A DNA stretch of 64,000 bases from Paracoccaceae bacterium (GTDB lineage Bacteria > Pseudomonadota > Alphaproteobacteria > Rhodobacterales > Rhodobacteraceae): positions 2,359-66,358 of the forward strand of contig JBKBWK010000013.1 of assembly GCA_046313895.1 (NCBI GenBank). Reading direction: 5' to 3'. The notes beneath the pieces are model-generated. The model was given only the letters and a program-made list of their open reading frames with translations, was not told the origin of the DNA and did not search any database. The position numbers and the translations under genes are program-made. This document shows positions 47,139-57,742 of the stretch, piece by piece. Numbering within the stretch: the stretch's first letter is position 1; each line of letters opens with the position of its first letter.

Positions 47139-49301
47139 TCAGTCGGCGCCGTGTGCCACTGATCCGGGCTTGACCAACTTCTTCTGGATCGCCCAGACGA
47201 TGATCGCCGTGCCGATCCCCAGCGCATCCGACAGAAAGCCCGAGTCGATCATCGCGACCGCTGCGGCAGCCAGCACAAAGCGCAACACCATGCTCACGTT
47301 GCCAAAGAACCAACCCTGCACCGCCGACGACAGCAGGAACACACCCAGAAGGGCACCTGCGACCACATGGATGATGTCCAGCCATTCGCCTTGCATCAGC
47401 AGTTCTGGCGACGAGAAGAACATGAACGGCACCACAAAGGCCGCCAACCCCATCTTGAACGACTCAACGCTGGTCTTCATCGGGTCGGATCGGGCAATCG
47501 CAGCCCCGGCATAGGCCGCAAGTGCAACCGGGGGCGTGATCGCCGACATCACGGCAAAGTAGAAGATGAAGAAGTGCGCCGTCAGCATGTCGATACCCAT
47601 GCTGATCAGCCCCGGCGCGATCACCGATGCTGCCACGGCATAGGCCGCCGTGGTGGGCATCCCCATCCCCAGCACGATCGACACGATCATCGCAAAAAAC
47701 AGCGCCAGCATCTGGTTGTTTTCCGCCAGCCCCAGCAGCAGTGACGAAAACCGCGTGCCAAGCCCGGTCAGCGCGATCACGCCCACGATGATACCCGCCG
47801 CCGCACAGACCGCGACCAGTTGCAGCGTCATCTTGGTCGAGATTTCCAGTGCGAACAGGATCTCTTTCACCCCCATCTTGTAGGGCGTCAGCCAAGACAC
47901 CACCGCAGCGGCGGCCATCGCAAGGGTTCCGGCGCGGATCACGGAATACCCCATGAACAGCGCCCCGATCAGGATGAAGATCGGGATGAACAGGAAGACC
48001 TGCTTGGCAAGCTTGGAAAACTTCGGCAACTCGTCGCGCGGAAGACCCTTCATGTCATATTTCTGCGCCGCCAGATCGACGTTGAAATAGACACTGACGA
48101 AATACAGAAGCGCCGGGATGATGGCGGCCACCACGATATCGGAATAGGCGATGCCGGTGATTTCCGACATGATGAAGGCGCCCGCCCCCATGATCGGTGG
48201 CAGGATTTGCCCGCCCGAAGAGGCCGCCGCCTCGACCGCCGCAGCGGTCTGGGGTTTGTAGCCGACCTTTTTCATCAAGGGGATGGTCAGCGACCCGGTC
48301 GCCACCACATTGCCGGCGGATGTGCCGTTGATCATGCCCATCAGGCCCGATCCGAACACCGCCACCTTGGCCGGTCCGCCGCGCCGGTCGCCGGCAGCGG
48401 CGAAGGCGAAGTTCACGAAATACTCTCCCACGCGGGACGCTTGCAAGAACGCCGCAAAGGCCACGAACAGGATGATATAAGTCGAGGAAATCGCCGTGGT
48501 CGGCCCCAGAATCCCCTGATCGGTAAAGACATAGGTGAAGAACCGCGTAAGCGAATAGCCCCGGTGATACAGGATGCCCGGCAACCACGGCCCGACAAAG
48601 CTGTAGATCACGAAGATGCTGGCGATGATGACCAAGGCCAGACCCGCCATGCGCCGGGTCAATTCAAGGATCAGGATCACGCCGACAAGGGCGGCAAACA
48701 TGTCAGCCTCTTTGGCCAAGGCCGTGCCCGCCCGCAACCGCAACAGCGGCGCGTGGAAGATGATATAGGCGGTGACTGCGATCGCCGCGATCGCCAGCAC
48801 GATATCGATCGCGTCCAGCCGGGCACGGCGCGGTTCAGGCATGAACCAGCCCAGCAGCAGCACCCAGACCGTTCCGACCAACAACGGCGCGCCAAAGGTC
48901 CAACGGAAGGCCGTGGCCTGTGCGGCCTGTTCCACGCCCGAGCCGGACATCCAGAACCACGCAACCTGTAAAAAGGCGATGCCGACCAGCACGGCACCGG
49001 GGGCCAGCATTACCAGGCGGCCGGGGCGCGCGGTGCCCTCCTCCTCGGCAAAGCTGAGCGACGAAAACAGCAGGAAGCCGATGGTCAATCCGCCGCCCAC
49101 ATGGAGCAAGCGGTAGGTCCAGGTTTCCAGCGGATAGAGGTTCATCACCCCGATGTGAAATGCGGTATAGGCCACACATAGTGCCGCAATGAACAACCCA
49201 ACCGACCCGGTCGGCTTGCGCTGATTGCCAGCAAAGATTTCATTGTCAACGCCGGATGCAATGTCTTGCGTGGTGGTGGCGTCCGTGCTCGGCGCGGTCA
49301 T
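47139..49301 (-). CDS. TRAP transporter fused 4TM/12TM permease
   Basis: GGPAKVAV, ASSGGQILPPIMGAGAF, LGMGMPTTAAY, ITPPVALAA. Confidence 0.92.
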   Translation of the reverse strand: MTAPSTDATTTQDIASGVDNEIFAGNQRKPTGSVGLFIAALCVAYTAFHIGVMNLYPLETWTYRLLHVGGGLTIGFLLFSSLSFAEEEGTARPGRLVMLAPGAVLVGIAFLQVAWFWMSGSGVEQAAQATAFRWTFGAPLLVGTVWVLLLGWFMPEPRRARLDAIDIVLAIAAIAVTAYIIFHAPLLRLRAGTALAKEADMFAALVGVILILELTRRMAGLALVIIASIFVIYSFVGPWLPGILYHRGYSLTRFFTYVFTDQGILGPTTAISSTYIILFVAFAAFLQASRVGEYFVNFAFAAAGDRRGGPAKVAVFGSGLMGMINGTSAGNVVATGSLTIPLMKKVGYKPQTAAAVEAAASSGGQILPPIMGAGAFIMSEITGIAYSDIVVAAIIPALLYFVSVYFNVDLAAQKYDMKGLPRDELPKFSKLAKQVFLFIPIFILIGALFMGYSVIRAGTLAMAAAAVVSWLTPYKMGVKEILFALEISTKMTLQLVAVCAAAGIIVGVIALTGLGTRFSSLLLGLAENNQMLALFFAMIVSIVLGMGMPTTAAYAVAASVIAPGLISMGIDMLTAHFFIFYFAVMSAITPPVALAAYAGAAIARSDPMKTSVESFKMGLAAFVVPFMFFSSPELLMQGEWLDIIHVVAGALLGVFLLSSAVQGWFFGNVSMVLRFVLAAAAVAMIDSGFLSDALGIGTAIIVWAIQKKLVKPGSVAHGAD

Positions 49302-49329
49302 GGTCGGTATCCCCCCGAATGCTGATCTG

Positions 49330-49361
49330 AAAAGGGGCGCCCGATCCTGCCGGGCGCCCCT
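49330..49361 (-). terminator. Stem-loop after the TAXI SBP gene
   Basis: AGGGGCGCCCG...CGGGCGCCCCT with T-tract on the minus strand. Confidence 0.65.
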
Positions 49362-49382
49362 CGCGTGGTCAGGGACCGCGTC

Positions 49383-50351
49383 TTATTTCAGAGCGTCGGG
49401 GATCGTGATCCCCTTTTCTTCGTAGTATTTCACCGCACCGGGATGGAAGGTCATGAAGGTGTTCTTGTCCCAGTTTTCCACCAGCGTCTCTGCCGCCGTT
49501 GCGTGGATCTGCTTCATGCGGTCGTTGTTGTCCAAGGCCAGCTTGGTGATTTCATAGGCCAGCGACTCGGGCATGTCCTGATGCGCCACGGCAAAGTTCC
49601 ACAGGGCGACGGTGGGTTGATCATAGTCATGCTTGGCATAGGTGCCCGACGGAATGGTGAACGGGGCCATGGCCGGGAAGGCTTCCAGCACCTTGGCCTG
49701 TTCTTCGGGCGTAAAGCCGAACATCACCACATCCTGCTGTGCCGCCAATTCGGCAAAGGCCGAGATGGGCACCCCGGCGGCAAAGGCGAAGGCGTCGATC
49801 AGACCGTCGGACAATTGCCCGCCTGCATCAGCCGCGCCCGCGTTCGAGATGTTGGCCTTGACGTCCAGCGCCGCAAGGAATTGCGGCCAATAGGTGCCGG
49901 GTGTTCCGCCAGCCGGGCCGACAGACACACGCTTGCCGTTAAGATCCGATACCGAAGTGATGCCGGATGATTTCAAAGCCACAACCTGAAACGGGGTCTG
50001 GTACATCGGGAACAAGGCGCGCACCGATTTGTGCTCCAGCCCCGGAGCCAGTTCGGATTTTCCGATCCATGCGTCATAGGCCGGACCCATGGTGACAAGC
50101 CCCATCAGGTGATCGCCGGTTTCGACAAGGGTCACGTTCTGGACCGGACCGCCGGTCACTTCGCCGGTCGCATTCAAACCCAAGGCTTCGGAAATATAGC
50201 CGGCAAAACCGTTGCCATAAACGAAATAGGTTCCGCCTTGCGACGCGGTGCCGATGGTCATCTCCTTGGGCCAGTCCGATTTGTCCTGTGCCATGACGGT
50301 GGTTGCAATAAGGCCTGCCACCGCGGCGGTGGCGAGTGTCTTGATGAACAT
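49383..50351 (-). CDS. TAXI-family TRAP solute-binding protein
   Basis: Signal peptide, IGTASQGGTYF, LNGKRVSVG, FHPGAVKYYEE; GGAGG RBS. Confidence 0.92.
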   Translation of the reverse strand: MFIKTLATAAVAGLIATTVMAQDKSDWPKEMTIGTASQGGTYFVYGNGFAGYISEALGLNATGEVTGGPVQNVTLVETGDHLMGLVTMGPAYDAWIGKSELAPGLEHKSVRALFPMYQTPFQVVALKSSGITSVSDLNGKRVSVGPAGGTPGTYWPQFLAALDVKANISNAGAADAGGQLSDGLIDAFAFAAGVPISAFAELAAQQDVVMFGFTPEEQAKVLEAFPAMAPFTIPSGTYAKHDYDQPTVALWNFAVAHQDMPESLAYEITKLALDNNDRMKQIHATAAETLVENWDKNTFMTFHPGAVKYYEEKGITIPDALK

Positions 50352-50489
50352 GTAGTCCTCCCAAAGTGTTCACATGACCGCGCGCCTCCTGCGCGCCGAC
50401 TTGCTGACAGCAGTGAACCCCGAGCTGGGCGCTATCTCAACCGTTCCACGACATGTTTGCGCAACCAAATACGCCGCACGCCCCCGTGA

Positions 50490-50539
50490 TGGGTGGAAAT
50501 CGTAACATTCGCCCTCAAGGATGGGCGGATTTCGTGCAT
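50490..50539. promoter_or_regulatory. Tandem DctD-like upstream activating sequences
   Basis: TGGGTGGAAATCGTAACA (13/18) and TGGGCGGATTTCGTGCAT (11/18) versus the rhizobial DctD site TGTGCGGAAATCCGCACA; the two sites start 32 bp apart. Confidence 0.55.
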
Positions 50540-51891
50540 TACTCGGCCTCCACGCCGCCACCGGCACCAAACTGCGCCTTGTCCAGCCCGTGCTTTTGCA
50601 TTTTTTCCCACAGCGTCTTGCGCGACAACCCAAGTAATTCATAGACCGGTTTCAGATTGCCACGATGCGCGGCGAGCGCGGCTTCGATTTCGCGCTTTTC
50701 AAAATCGGCGACCCGTTCGGCCAGGCGCGACGGGGGGTCATCCTGCACGGAAGCCCCCTCACCCAACCCAAGCGCATAGCGGTCTGCGGCATTGCGCAAC
50801 TCGCGCACATTTCCGGGCCAGTCCCGTGCTGTCAGGTAGGTGATCATCGCCGGGGGTGCCGGGGCCGGGTCAGACCGGTGGCGGCTTGCGGCCTCGGCCA
50901 GAAGGCGCAGGAACAGCAGAGGAATGTCTTCACGCCGCGCGGACAACGGTGCCACAACAAGCGTCACAACGTTCAGCCGATACAGAAGATCGGCCCGGAA
51001 CCGTCCGGCCTCGACCTCGGCTTCCAGTGGCACGCGCGACGTCGCCATGAACCGCACATCCAGCGGCACAGCCTCGTTCGAGCCAAGCCGGGTGACGGTG
51101 CGTTCTGCGATCACCCGCACCAGCTTGCCCTGCATGTCCAAGGGCATCGACGCGATGTCGTCCAGCAGGATGGTGCCACCACGCGCATGCTCGAACTTGC
51201 CATAGCGCGCCCGCAAGGCCCCCGGAAACGCCCCGGCCTCATGCCCGAACAGTTCGCTTTCGATCAGGGCAGCGGGGATGACGGCGCAATCGATGGCGAC
51301 AAAGGGCTTGCGTGCGCGCGGCGACAGATCATGCAACGCACGCGCCACAACCTCTTTGCCTGCACCGGTTTCTCCCACGATCAGCACATCGGCATCGGTC
51401 GGGCCAAGGGTTCGGATGCGACGGCGCAGGTCGATCATGACGTTTGACCGCCCGATCAGCCGTTGTTCCAGATCATCCACCTGCCCCGCAGCGGCCTTGA
51501 GCACGCGGTTTTCCAGCACCAGACGGCGATAGTCCGACGCCCGCGCGACGATTTCGGCCAGTTGGCTGGCGTCGAACGGCTTTTCCACGAAATCATAGGC
51601 GCCTTCACGCATCGCGCGGACGGCAAGCTGCACATCACCATGTCCGGTAATCAGGATCACCGGGATATCGCGGTCAATCTCGTGCACCCGGTTCATCAGC
51701 GTCAGCCCGTCCATGCCGGGCATCCGGATATCGGTCAGCACCACACCGGGAAACCCAAAGCTGACCAGATCCATCACACGCTCGGGTGCTGCAAAATCCT
51801 GCACCACAAAGCCCGCGAGATCCAGAGCCTGCGCGGTGGACGCGCGCAGATCGGGTTCGTCATCGACCAGAAGAATGCGCATATCGGTCAT
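50539..51891 (-). CDS. dctD: DctD-like response regulator (REC-AAA-Fis HTH)
   Basis: TDIRMPGMDG, GETGAGKE, ESELFGHEAGAFPGA, WPGNVREL. Confidence 0.85.
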   Translation of the reverse strand: MTDMRILLVDDEPDLRASTAQALDLAGFVVQDFAAPERVMDLVSFGFPGVVLTDIRMPGMDGLTLMNRVHEIDRDIPVILITGHGDVQLAVRAMREGAYDFVEKPFDASQLAEIVARASDYRRLVLENRVLKAAAGQVDDLEQRLIGRSNVMIDLRRRIRTLGPTDADVLIVGETGAGKEVVARALHDLSPRARKPFVAIDCAVIPAALIESELFGHEAGAFPGALRARYGKFEHARGGTILLDDIASMPLDMQGKLVRVIAERTVTRLGSNEAVPLDVRFMATSRVPLEAEVEAGRFRADLLYRLNVVTLVVAPLSARREDIPLLFLRLLAEAASRHRSDPAPAPPAMITYLTARDWPGNVRELRNAADRYALGLGEGASVQDDPPSRLAERVADFEKREIEAALAAHRGNLKPVYELLGLSRKTLWEKMQKHGLDKAQFGAGGGVEAE

Positions 51892-53663
51892 TCTGCCGCC
51901 TCTTGCTGAAGGGTGGGCGCGGCGGAAAGGCGGATGACAAAGCAGGCACCGTGATCCGAGGTGACAGAAAGATCGCCCCCGAAGTCTTTGATGATGTTGT
52001 AGGAAATTGACAGGCCCAAACCGAGCCCCTTGCCCACACCCTTTGTGGAAAAGAACGGATCGAAAATGCGCGCCACCAGCCCTTCGGGCACGCCCGGACC
52101 TGAATCCGAGATGCGTATGACCACGCTATCACCTGCGGACTCTGCCGTTAAATGGATATTGCGTTGGTTCAAACCTTCGACGGCATCGGCGGCATTGGTC
52201 AGCAGATTGACCAAGACCTGCTGCAATCGCACTGGACCGGCAACCACCTTTGGCAGATCAGGCGGAAGATCTATGGTCAGGACCGCCCGTGCCACACGGA
52301 TACGCAATGTGGCAATTTCGACTGCCGCCTCGACCACCTCCGCCAAAGATACTTGCGACAGTTTTTGTCCCGGCGCGCGGGCAAAGCTGCGCAGATGGCG
52401 GCTGATGCTGGTCATGCGATCAATAAGTCCAAGGATGCGGTCGATATTGGTCCGTGCCTCGGGTATCCGTCCCCGGTCGATCAGGACGCCGGCGTTGTCG
52501 GCATAGGTGCGCGCGGCGGCAAGAGGCTGGTTGAATTCGTGGCTAAGGGCTGCCGACATCTGCCCCAGCGCCGCCATTTTTCCCGCTTGCACCAGATCTG
52601 CCTGTGCCTTGCGCAATTCGTGCGTGCGCTCCTCGACACGGCGTTCCAGGGTGGCGCGGGCCTCTGCCTGAACCTCCAGCCGCTCGTCCAACCGCAACCG
52701 CCGTTGCCAGACCACAGCCCCAAGCATCGCCAGAACACCCAAGGCGAGCATCACCACAAAGGACTGTGCCAACGCCGCCGCCCGTGCCGGCGCTGTGTCA
52801 ATCAGCACATGCACAGTCCATCCGGCGCGTATCATCGGCATGTCAGACTGAAGATACTCTCGCGGCCCTTCCAGGGTTGCAATTGTCAGCACCGGCCTGT
52901 CGCGGTGCGCCGTTTCGGACGTGATCTGCAGCAGCCCGATTGCGGTGTCGGCATATCGCCGGGTCGCAGCGATCCGGTCCTGCGATTCCACGGACAACGG
53001 TCGCATGGCCGAAAAGCGCCAGTCGGGCCGTGAAGACAGAAAGATTACGCCTTCGGGATCTGTCACCAGAACGGCATAATCGCCACCACTCCAGGTGGTT
53101 TCGATCGCATCAAGATCGATCTTGATCGCCAAAGCCCCAATGACTCGGCTCGCGTCCATGACCGGAGCCCCGAAATAGTAACCGCGCTTGCGGCTGGTGG
53201 TGCCGAGCGCATAGAACCGACCCGTCCCGCCGGTGATGGCATCGGAAAAATAGGGACGAAAGGCGAAATTGCCGCCGACAAATGAAGTGTCCGTATCAAA
53301 GTTCGATGCCGCGATCGTCAGTCCGGTGACATCCATAAGATAAATATCTGTTGCCCCAAGCTGGCGTTGGATCCGGCGTAAAAAGGTGTTTGCCGTGTTG
53401 CCCAATTCCGGATCATCGGGGGCAAGCGCCAGCTGCCTGACCACTTCTTGGTCGGCAATCAGCGGTGGCAGGCGTTCAAAGCGCTCCAGCTCGCCCGACA
53501 GAGCGGTGGTCGCGAGCTGCAGCAGATTGTCGCCGCGCCGTGCCGTGTCGTCCAGAGTTTGTGCAAGGCTTTGCCGCCAGGTGAACGATCCGGCAACAGC
53601 ACAAAGCAATACGGCCAAGGCCGCTGCCACGAATAGCCATGGTCTGGTGTTCTGGCCGCGCAT
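51888..53663 (-). CDS. dctB: DctB-like sensor histidine kinase
   Basis: Periplasmic FRPYF (Cache-type), SHEFNQPL H-box, NAADA, DPFFSTK, GLGLGL. Confidence 0.88.
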   Translation of the reverse strand: MRGQNTRPWLFVAAALAVLLCAVAGSFTWRQSLAQTLDDTARRGDNLLQLATTALSGELERFERLPPLIADQEVVRQLALAPDDPELGNTANTFLRRIQRQLGATDIYLMDVTGLTIAASNFDTDTSFVGGNFAFRPYFSDAITGGTGRFYALGTTSRKRGYYFGAPVMDASRVIGALAIKIDLDAIETTWSGGDYAVLVTDPEGVIFLSSRPDWRFSAMRPLSVESQDRIAATRRYADTAIGLLQITSETAHRDRPVLTIATLEGPREYLQSDMPMIRAGWTVHVLIDTAPARAAALAQSFVVMLALGVLAMLGAVVWQRRLRLDERLEVQAEARATLERRVEERTHELRKAQADLVQAGKMAALGQMSAALSHEFNQPLAAARTYADNAGVLIDRGRIPEARTNIDRILGLIDRMTSISRHLRSFARAPGQKLSQVSLAEVVEAAVEIATLRIRVARAVLTIDLPPDLPKVVAGPVRLQQVLVNLLTNAADAVEGLNQRNIHLTAESAGDSVVIRISDSGPGVPEGLVARIFDPFFSTKGVGKGLGLGLSISYNIIKDFGGDLSVTSDHGACFVIRLSAAPTLQQEAAE

Positions 53664-53725
53664 TCTGTCCCCTGCTCTGCAAAGCCTAACGGGAAATCAG
53701 GCGCGGCCGCAACCACGTCTGCTCA

Positions 53726-54520
53726 TCACGCAGCGGCAGCCAACCGGCAGGGATAAAAGCTTTCGGTTGTGACGCTTGCACCCTCTATGGTGCAAAAGCT
53801 GAAAGGTGGCACCTCGACCCAGCCGCCTTCGCCAGTCTCAAGCGGTTCCGACACCACTGCGGTGCCATTTCGGGTTTCGGACCAGCGGTGATACAAGGTG
53901 GGGGCGAATTCGTCTGTGGCGTAGCGCATGGCGTATAGCCGTTTGCCATCGGACAACGCCCCCGTCAGCCGCAGATGGGGTGCGGAGCCCTTGGCGCGGG
54001 CGAGTGAAATCAACCGTGCGGCCGCCCGCTCCAACGCGCCTTTCGGGTCATGGTCCAGCCCTTCGGCCACCGCGATCAGAAACAGCGCCTCGGAATCGGT
54101 TGCGCCCTTGCGACAGGGGTACAGGGCATCGGGGATCATCATGTCGGCGTCGCGGCGAAAGTTGTCATAGCCGCCGACCTGACCATTGTGCATGAACGAC
54201 CAGCGCCCCCATGTGAACGGGTGGCAATTGTTGCGACTGGTGGCGGTCCCGGTGCTGGCCCGCACATGTGCCAGAAAAAGGCCGGATTTCACCTGCGCCG
54301 TCAGGCTGCGCAGATTGGGGTCTGACCATGCCGGCATCACATCGCGGTACAGGCCCGGCTCTGGTTTTTCGCCATACCAGGCGACACCAAAGCCGTCGGC
54401 ATTTATGGCTGCATGGCACTGAGTGGCACAATGGGATTGATGGATCAGCGAATGGCCCGGACGGGTGATGATCTCATCCAGAAAAATCGGTGCCCCGCTA
54501 TAGGCAGCCCAACGGCACAT
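53726..54520 (-). CDS. Class II glutamine amidotransferase (YafJ/EgtC-like)
   Basis: MCRW N-terminal Cys, DGFGVAWY, AHVRAST, NCHPF, HNG, TDSE. Confidence 0.88.
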   Translation of the reverse strand: MCRWAAYSGAPIFLDEIITRPGHSLIHQSHCATQCHAAINADGFGVAWYGEKPEPGLYRDVMPAWSDPNLRSLTAQVKSGLFLAHVRASTGTATSRNNCHPFTWGRWSFMHNGQVGGYDNFRRDADMMIPDALYPCRKGATDSEALFLIAVAEGLDHDPKGALERAAARLISLARAKGSAPHLRLTGALSDGKRLYAMRYATDEFAPTLYHRWSETRNGTAVVSEPLETGEGGWVEVPPFSFCTIEGASVTTESFYPCRLAAAA

Positions 54521-54652
54521 CAGAGTGCCCCATTTGAAGAAAACACGGCTCGGCCTCGGCGTTTCTTTTCATGACTATAGCATGAAACCAAGCGACGCCG
54601 TAAGGAGGATCCTTACAGCGCCGGGCAGAAATCGCGGAAATGTGCTGAAAAA

Positions 54653-54943
54653 TCAGCCGATTTCCTCGACAACCACAAGATCGCGCACGCTCGCCCCTTT
54701 GGCGTGGGCCAAGGCCGCCTGGTATTCGGCGCTGTTGTAGCAAGCCACCGCGGCCTCCAGACTGGGAAACCGCGCAACCACATTGCGGGCGCGATCGTTG
54801 CCCTCCAGTTGCACATAGCGCCCGCCACGGGCAAGAAACACGCCGCCATGTGCGGCGATGGCAGGGCCTGCGCCTTTGGCATAGGTGCCATAGGCATCGG
54901 CATCGGTCACATCGACATGGGCGATCCAAAGGGCTGTTGGCAT
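54653..54943 (-). CDS. DUF1330 protein
   Basis: HGGVFLARGG, RFPSLEAA, YNSAEYQ. Confidence 0.88.
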   Translation of the reverse strand: MPTALWIAHVDVTDADAYGTYAKGAGPAIAAHGGVFLARGGRYVQLEGNDRARNVVARFPSLEAAVACYNSAEYQAALAHAKGASVRDLVVVEEIG

Positions 54944-54947
54944 TGGT

Positions 54948-57602
54948 CTATCCTTTGATCACGGCTTCTGCTGCGGCGATGGCCGCATCGGCCTGCCCAA
55001 TGTCGGCCCCACCGGCCTGTGCCATATCCGGACGACCGCCGCCGCCTTTTCCGCCCATGGCCTCGGCTGCGGCCTTGACCAGCGACACGGCCGAGAGCGT
55101 GGCGGTCAGATCGCCGGTTACCCCGGCAGCCACCGCCGGTTTGTTGCCGGTATCGGCAATCAAAAGCACAGCGCCCGACCCCAAACGCGCCTTCATCTCG
55201 TCAATCAACGATGGCAAATCCTTGCCCGAGACGCCGGACAAAACCTGAGCAATGAACTTTACGCCATTGATATCCTTGGCTTCCGGACCACCCGATTTGC
55301 CACCCATCGCCAGTTCCCGGCGCAGCTGGGCCACTTCGTTCTGTAGCGAGCGGCGTTCGTCAAACAGCGCCTTCACCCGGTCCACAATATCGGCGGCCGG
55401 AGTTTTGAGCACCGAGGCCACATCGCTCAGACGGGCGTCCTGCAGCCGCAAATGGTCCAAGGCGGCCTGCCCGGTCAGCGCTTCGATCCGCCGCACCCCA
55501 GCGGACGAAGCCGAGTCCCCCAACAGCACGAAAGATCCGATGTCACCGGTGCGGACGACATGGGTGCCGCCGCACAGTTCCAGCGAATAGGTATGGCCAT
55601 CGGCCCCCTTGGCGCTGCCGTCCAGCACGCCCATCGACACCACGCGCACCTCTTCGCCATATTTTTCGCCAAACAGGGCCTGCGCCCCAATCGCGCGGGC
55701 GTCGTCGGGGGTCATGATGCGGGTTTCCACCGGACTGTTCTGACGGATGAAAGTGTTTACCTCGCCTTCCACCTGCCGAAGTTCTTCCGACGACAGGCCG
55801 ACCGAATGGCTGAAGTCAAATCGCAGGCGATCCGGCGCGTTAAGGCTGCCCTTCTGGGCCACATGGTCGCCAAGCGCACGGCGCAAAGCCTCGTGCAACA
55901 GATGCGTGGCCGAGTGATTGGCCCGGATCTGGCGACGCCGGGTATGGGTAACCTCAAGCTTGGCAGGCTGACCCCTGGAAATGTGGCCGTCGACCACCTG
56001 CGCGATATGGATGAAAACCCCGGCGGTCTTTTTGGTGTCGGTCACTTCCGCCATACCGGTATCAGTGCGGATCAGCCCTGTATCACCAACCTGACCACCC
56101 GACTCCGCATAGAAAGGCGTCTGATTGACCACAATTTGCACGCTTTCGCCGGTGCTGGCCCTATTGATCGCCGCCCCGTCACGCACCAAGGCGTTGATCT
56201 CGCCCTCGGCCGTTTCGGTGTCATAGCCGAGGAACTCGGTCGGGCCATGATCTTCGGCCAGATCAAACCAGATCTTGCCATCCGCCGCTTCGCCGGTGCC
56301 TGACCATGCAGCACGGGCCTTGGCTTTTTGTTCCGACATGGCGGCGTCAAAACCTGCCACGTCAACCGCCCGCCCACGTTCGCGCAAGGCATCCTGGGTC
56401 AGATCAAGCGGAAAACCATAAGTGTCATACAGCCGGAACGCGGTCGCCCCCGGCAAATCACCGCTTTCGGGCAAACGTCCCAGCTCGTCATCCAAAAGCT
56501 TCAACCCACGGTCGAGCGTGGTCTTGAACCGGGTTTCCTCCAGCTTCAGCGTTTCCTCGATCAGGGATTGCGCGCGCTGCAACTCCGGGTAAGCCGCCCC
56601 CATCTGGCGGACCAGTGCCGGCACCAGCTTGAACATCACCGGATCCTGACTGCCCAGCATATGGGCGTGCCGCATGGCGCGGCGCATGAGCCGGCGCAGC
56701 ACATAGCCCCGCCCTTCGTTCGACGGCATCACGCCATCGGCAATCAGGAAAGAGGTGGACCGCAGGTGGTCTGCAATCACCCGGTGATGGGTCTTGCCGG
56801 GACCATCGGGGTCCGAGCTGGTGGCATGCGCCGACGCCTCGATCAGGCTGCGCATCAGGTCGGTGTCGTAGTTGTCGTGCTTGCCCTGCAACAGCGCACC
56901 GATCCGCTCCAGCCCCATGCCGGTGTCGATCGACTGCATGTCCAAGGGCCGCAGCGTGCCATCGGCAAACTGTTCATTCTGCATGAAAACGTTGTTCCAG
57001 ATTTCGATGAACCGGTCGCCGTCTTCGTCAGCGCTGCCCGGAGGGCCGCCCCAGATATGGTCGCCGTGATCATAGAAAATCTCGGTGCAGGGACCGCAGG
57101 GGCCGGTTGGCCCCATCCGCCAGAAATTGTCGTCGGTCGGGATCCGGATGACTTTGCTGTCGCCAAAGCCCGCGACTTTTTTCCAGATCTCAGCGGCTTC
57201 GTCATCGGTATGATAGACCGTGACAAGCAGCTTGTCCTTGTTCAACCCGAAATCACGGGTCAGCAGCTCCCAGGCAAAAGCAATGGCTTCGGCCTTGAAA
57301 TAATCGCCGAAGCTGAAGTTGCCCAGCATCTCGAAAAACGTGTGGTGGCGTGCTGTATAGCCCACATTGTCAAGGTCGTTGTGCTTGCCGCCAGCCCGCA
57401 CGCATTTTTGCGCGGTGGTGGCGCGGGTGTAATCGCGCGTCTCAACCCCGGTGAACAGATTCTTGAACTGGACCATGCCGGAATTGGCGAACATCAGTGT
57501 CGGATCGTTGCGCGGCACCAAAGGCGACGAGTCGACGACCTTGTGGCCGTTGCGGGCAAAGAAATCGAGAAAGGTCGAGCGGATATCGTTCAGCGACGCC
57601 AT
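54948..57602 (-). CDS. alaS: Alanine-tRNA ligase
   Basis: [46 protein letters not shown]. Confidence 0.98.
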   Translation of the reverse strand: MASLNDIRSTFLDFFARNGHKVVDSSPLVPRNDPTLMFANSGMVQFKNLFTGVETRDYTRATTAQKCVRAGGKHNDLDNVGYTARHHTFFEMLGNFSFGDYFKAEAIAFAWELLTRDFGLNKDKLLVTVYHTDDEAAEIWKKVAGFGDSKVIRIPTDDNFWRMGPTGPCGPCTEIFYDHGDHIWGGPPGSADEDGDRFIEIWNNVFMQNEQFADGTLRPLDMQSIDTGMGLERIGALLQGKHDNYDTDLMRSLIEASAHATSSDPDGPGKTHHRVIADHLRSTSFLIADGVMPSNEGRGYVLRRLMRRAMRHAHMLGSQDPVMFKLVPALVRQMGAAYPELQRAQSLIEETLKLEETRFKTTLDRGLKLLDDELGRLPESGDLPGATAFRLYDTYGFPLDLTQDALRERGRAVDVAGFDAAMSEQKAKARAAWSGTGEAADGKIWFDLAEDHGPTEFLGYDTETAEGEINALVRDGAAINRASTGESVQIVVNQTPFYAESGGQVGDTGLIRTDTGMAEVTDTKKTAGVFIHIAQVVDGHISRGQPAKLEVTHTRRRQIRANHSATHLLHEALRRALGDHVAQKGSLNAPDRLRFDFSHSVGLSSEELRQVEGEVNTFIRQNSPVETRIMTPDDARAIGAQALFGEKYGEEVRVVSMGVLDGSAKGADGHTYSLELCGGTHVVRTGDIGSFVLLGDSASSAGVRRIEALTGQAALDHLRLQDARLSDVASVLKTPAADIVDRVKALFDERRSLQNEVAQLRRELAMGGKSGGPEAKDINGVKFIAQVLSGVSGKDLPSLIDEMKARLGSGAVLLIADTGNKPAVAAGVTGDLTATLSAVSLVKAAAEAMGGKGGGGRPDMAQAGGADIGQADAAIAAAEAVIKG

Positions 57603-57695
57603 GGTATCAAAGCCCTTCGGCTGAGGGGTTCATCGGGATGTCCCCCATGTAGCCTTGCGCGCGGGGCCTGTCCACCGCGGCTGTGATGCGGCATG

Positions 57696-57721
57696 AAAAA
57701 GGCCGGGGAAACCCCCGGCCT
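57696..57721 (-). terminator. recA terminator
   Basis: Minus strand GGCCGGGG-GTTT-CCCCGGCC followed by TTTTT. Confidence 0.82.
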
Positions 57722-57742
57722 GATCGGTCCCTGCGCGTCTGG

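Noticed and set aside
45077-47227. 716-aa antisense ORF over typA; similar long shadows over aglA (3090-4853), icd (42245-43519), alaS, recA and tsf
   Set aside because: These mirror well-identified genes codon for codon and have no recognisable motifs. They are an expected artefact of high GC and codon bias.
50461-50475. Possible sigma54 -24/-12 promoter for the TAXI gene
   Set aside because: GG-to-GC spacing is 11 rather than the required 10.
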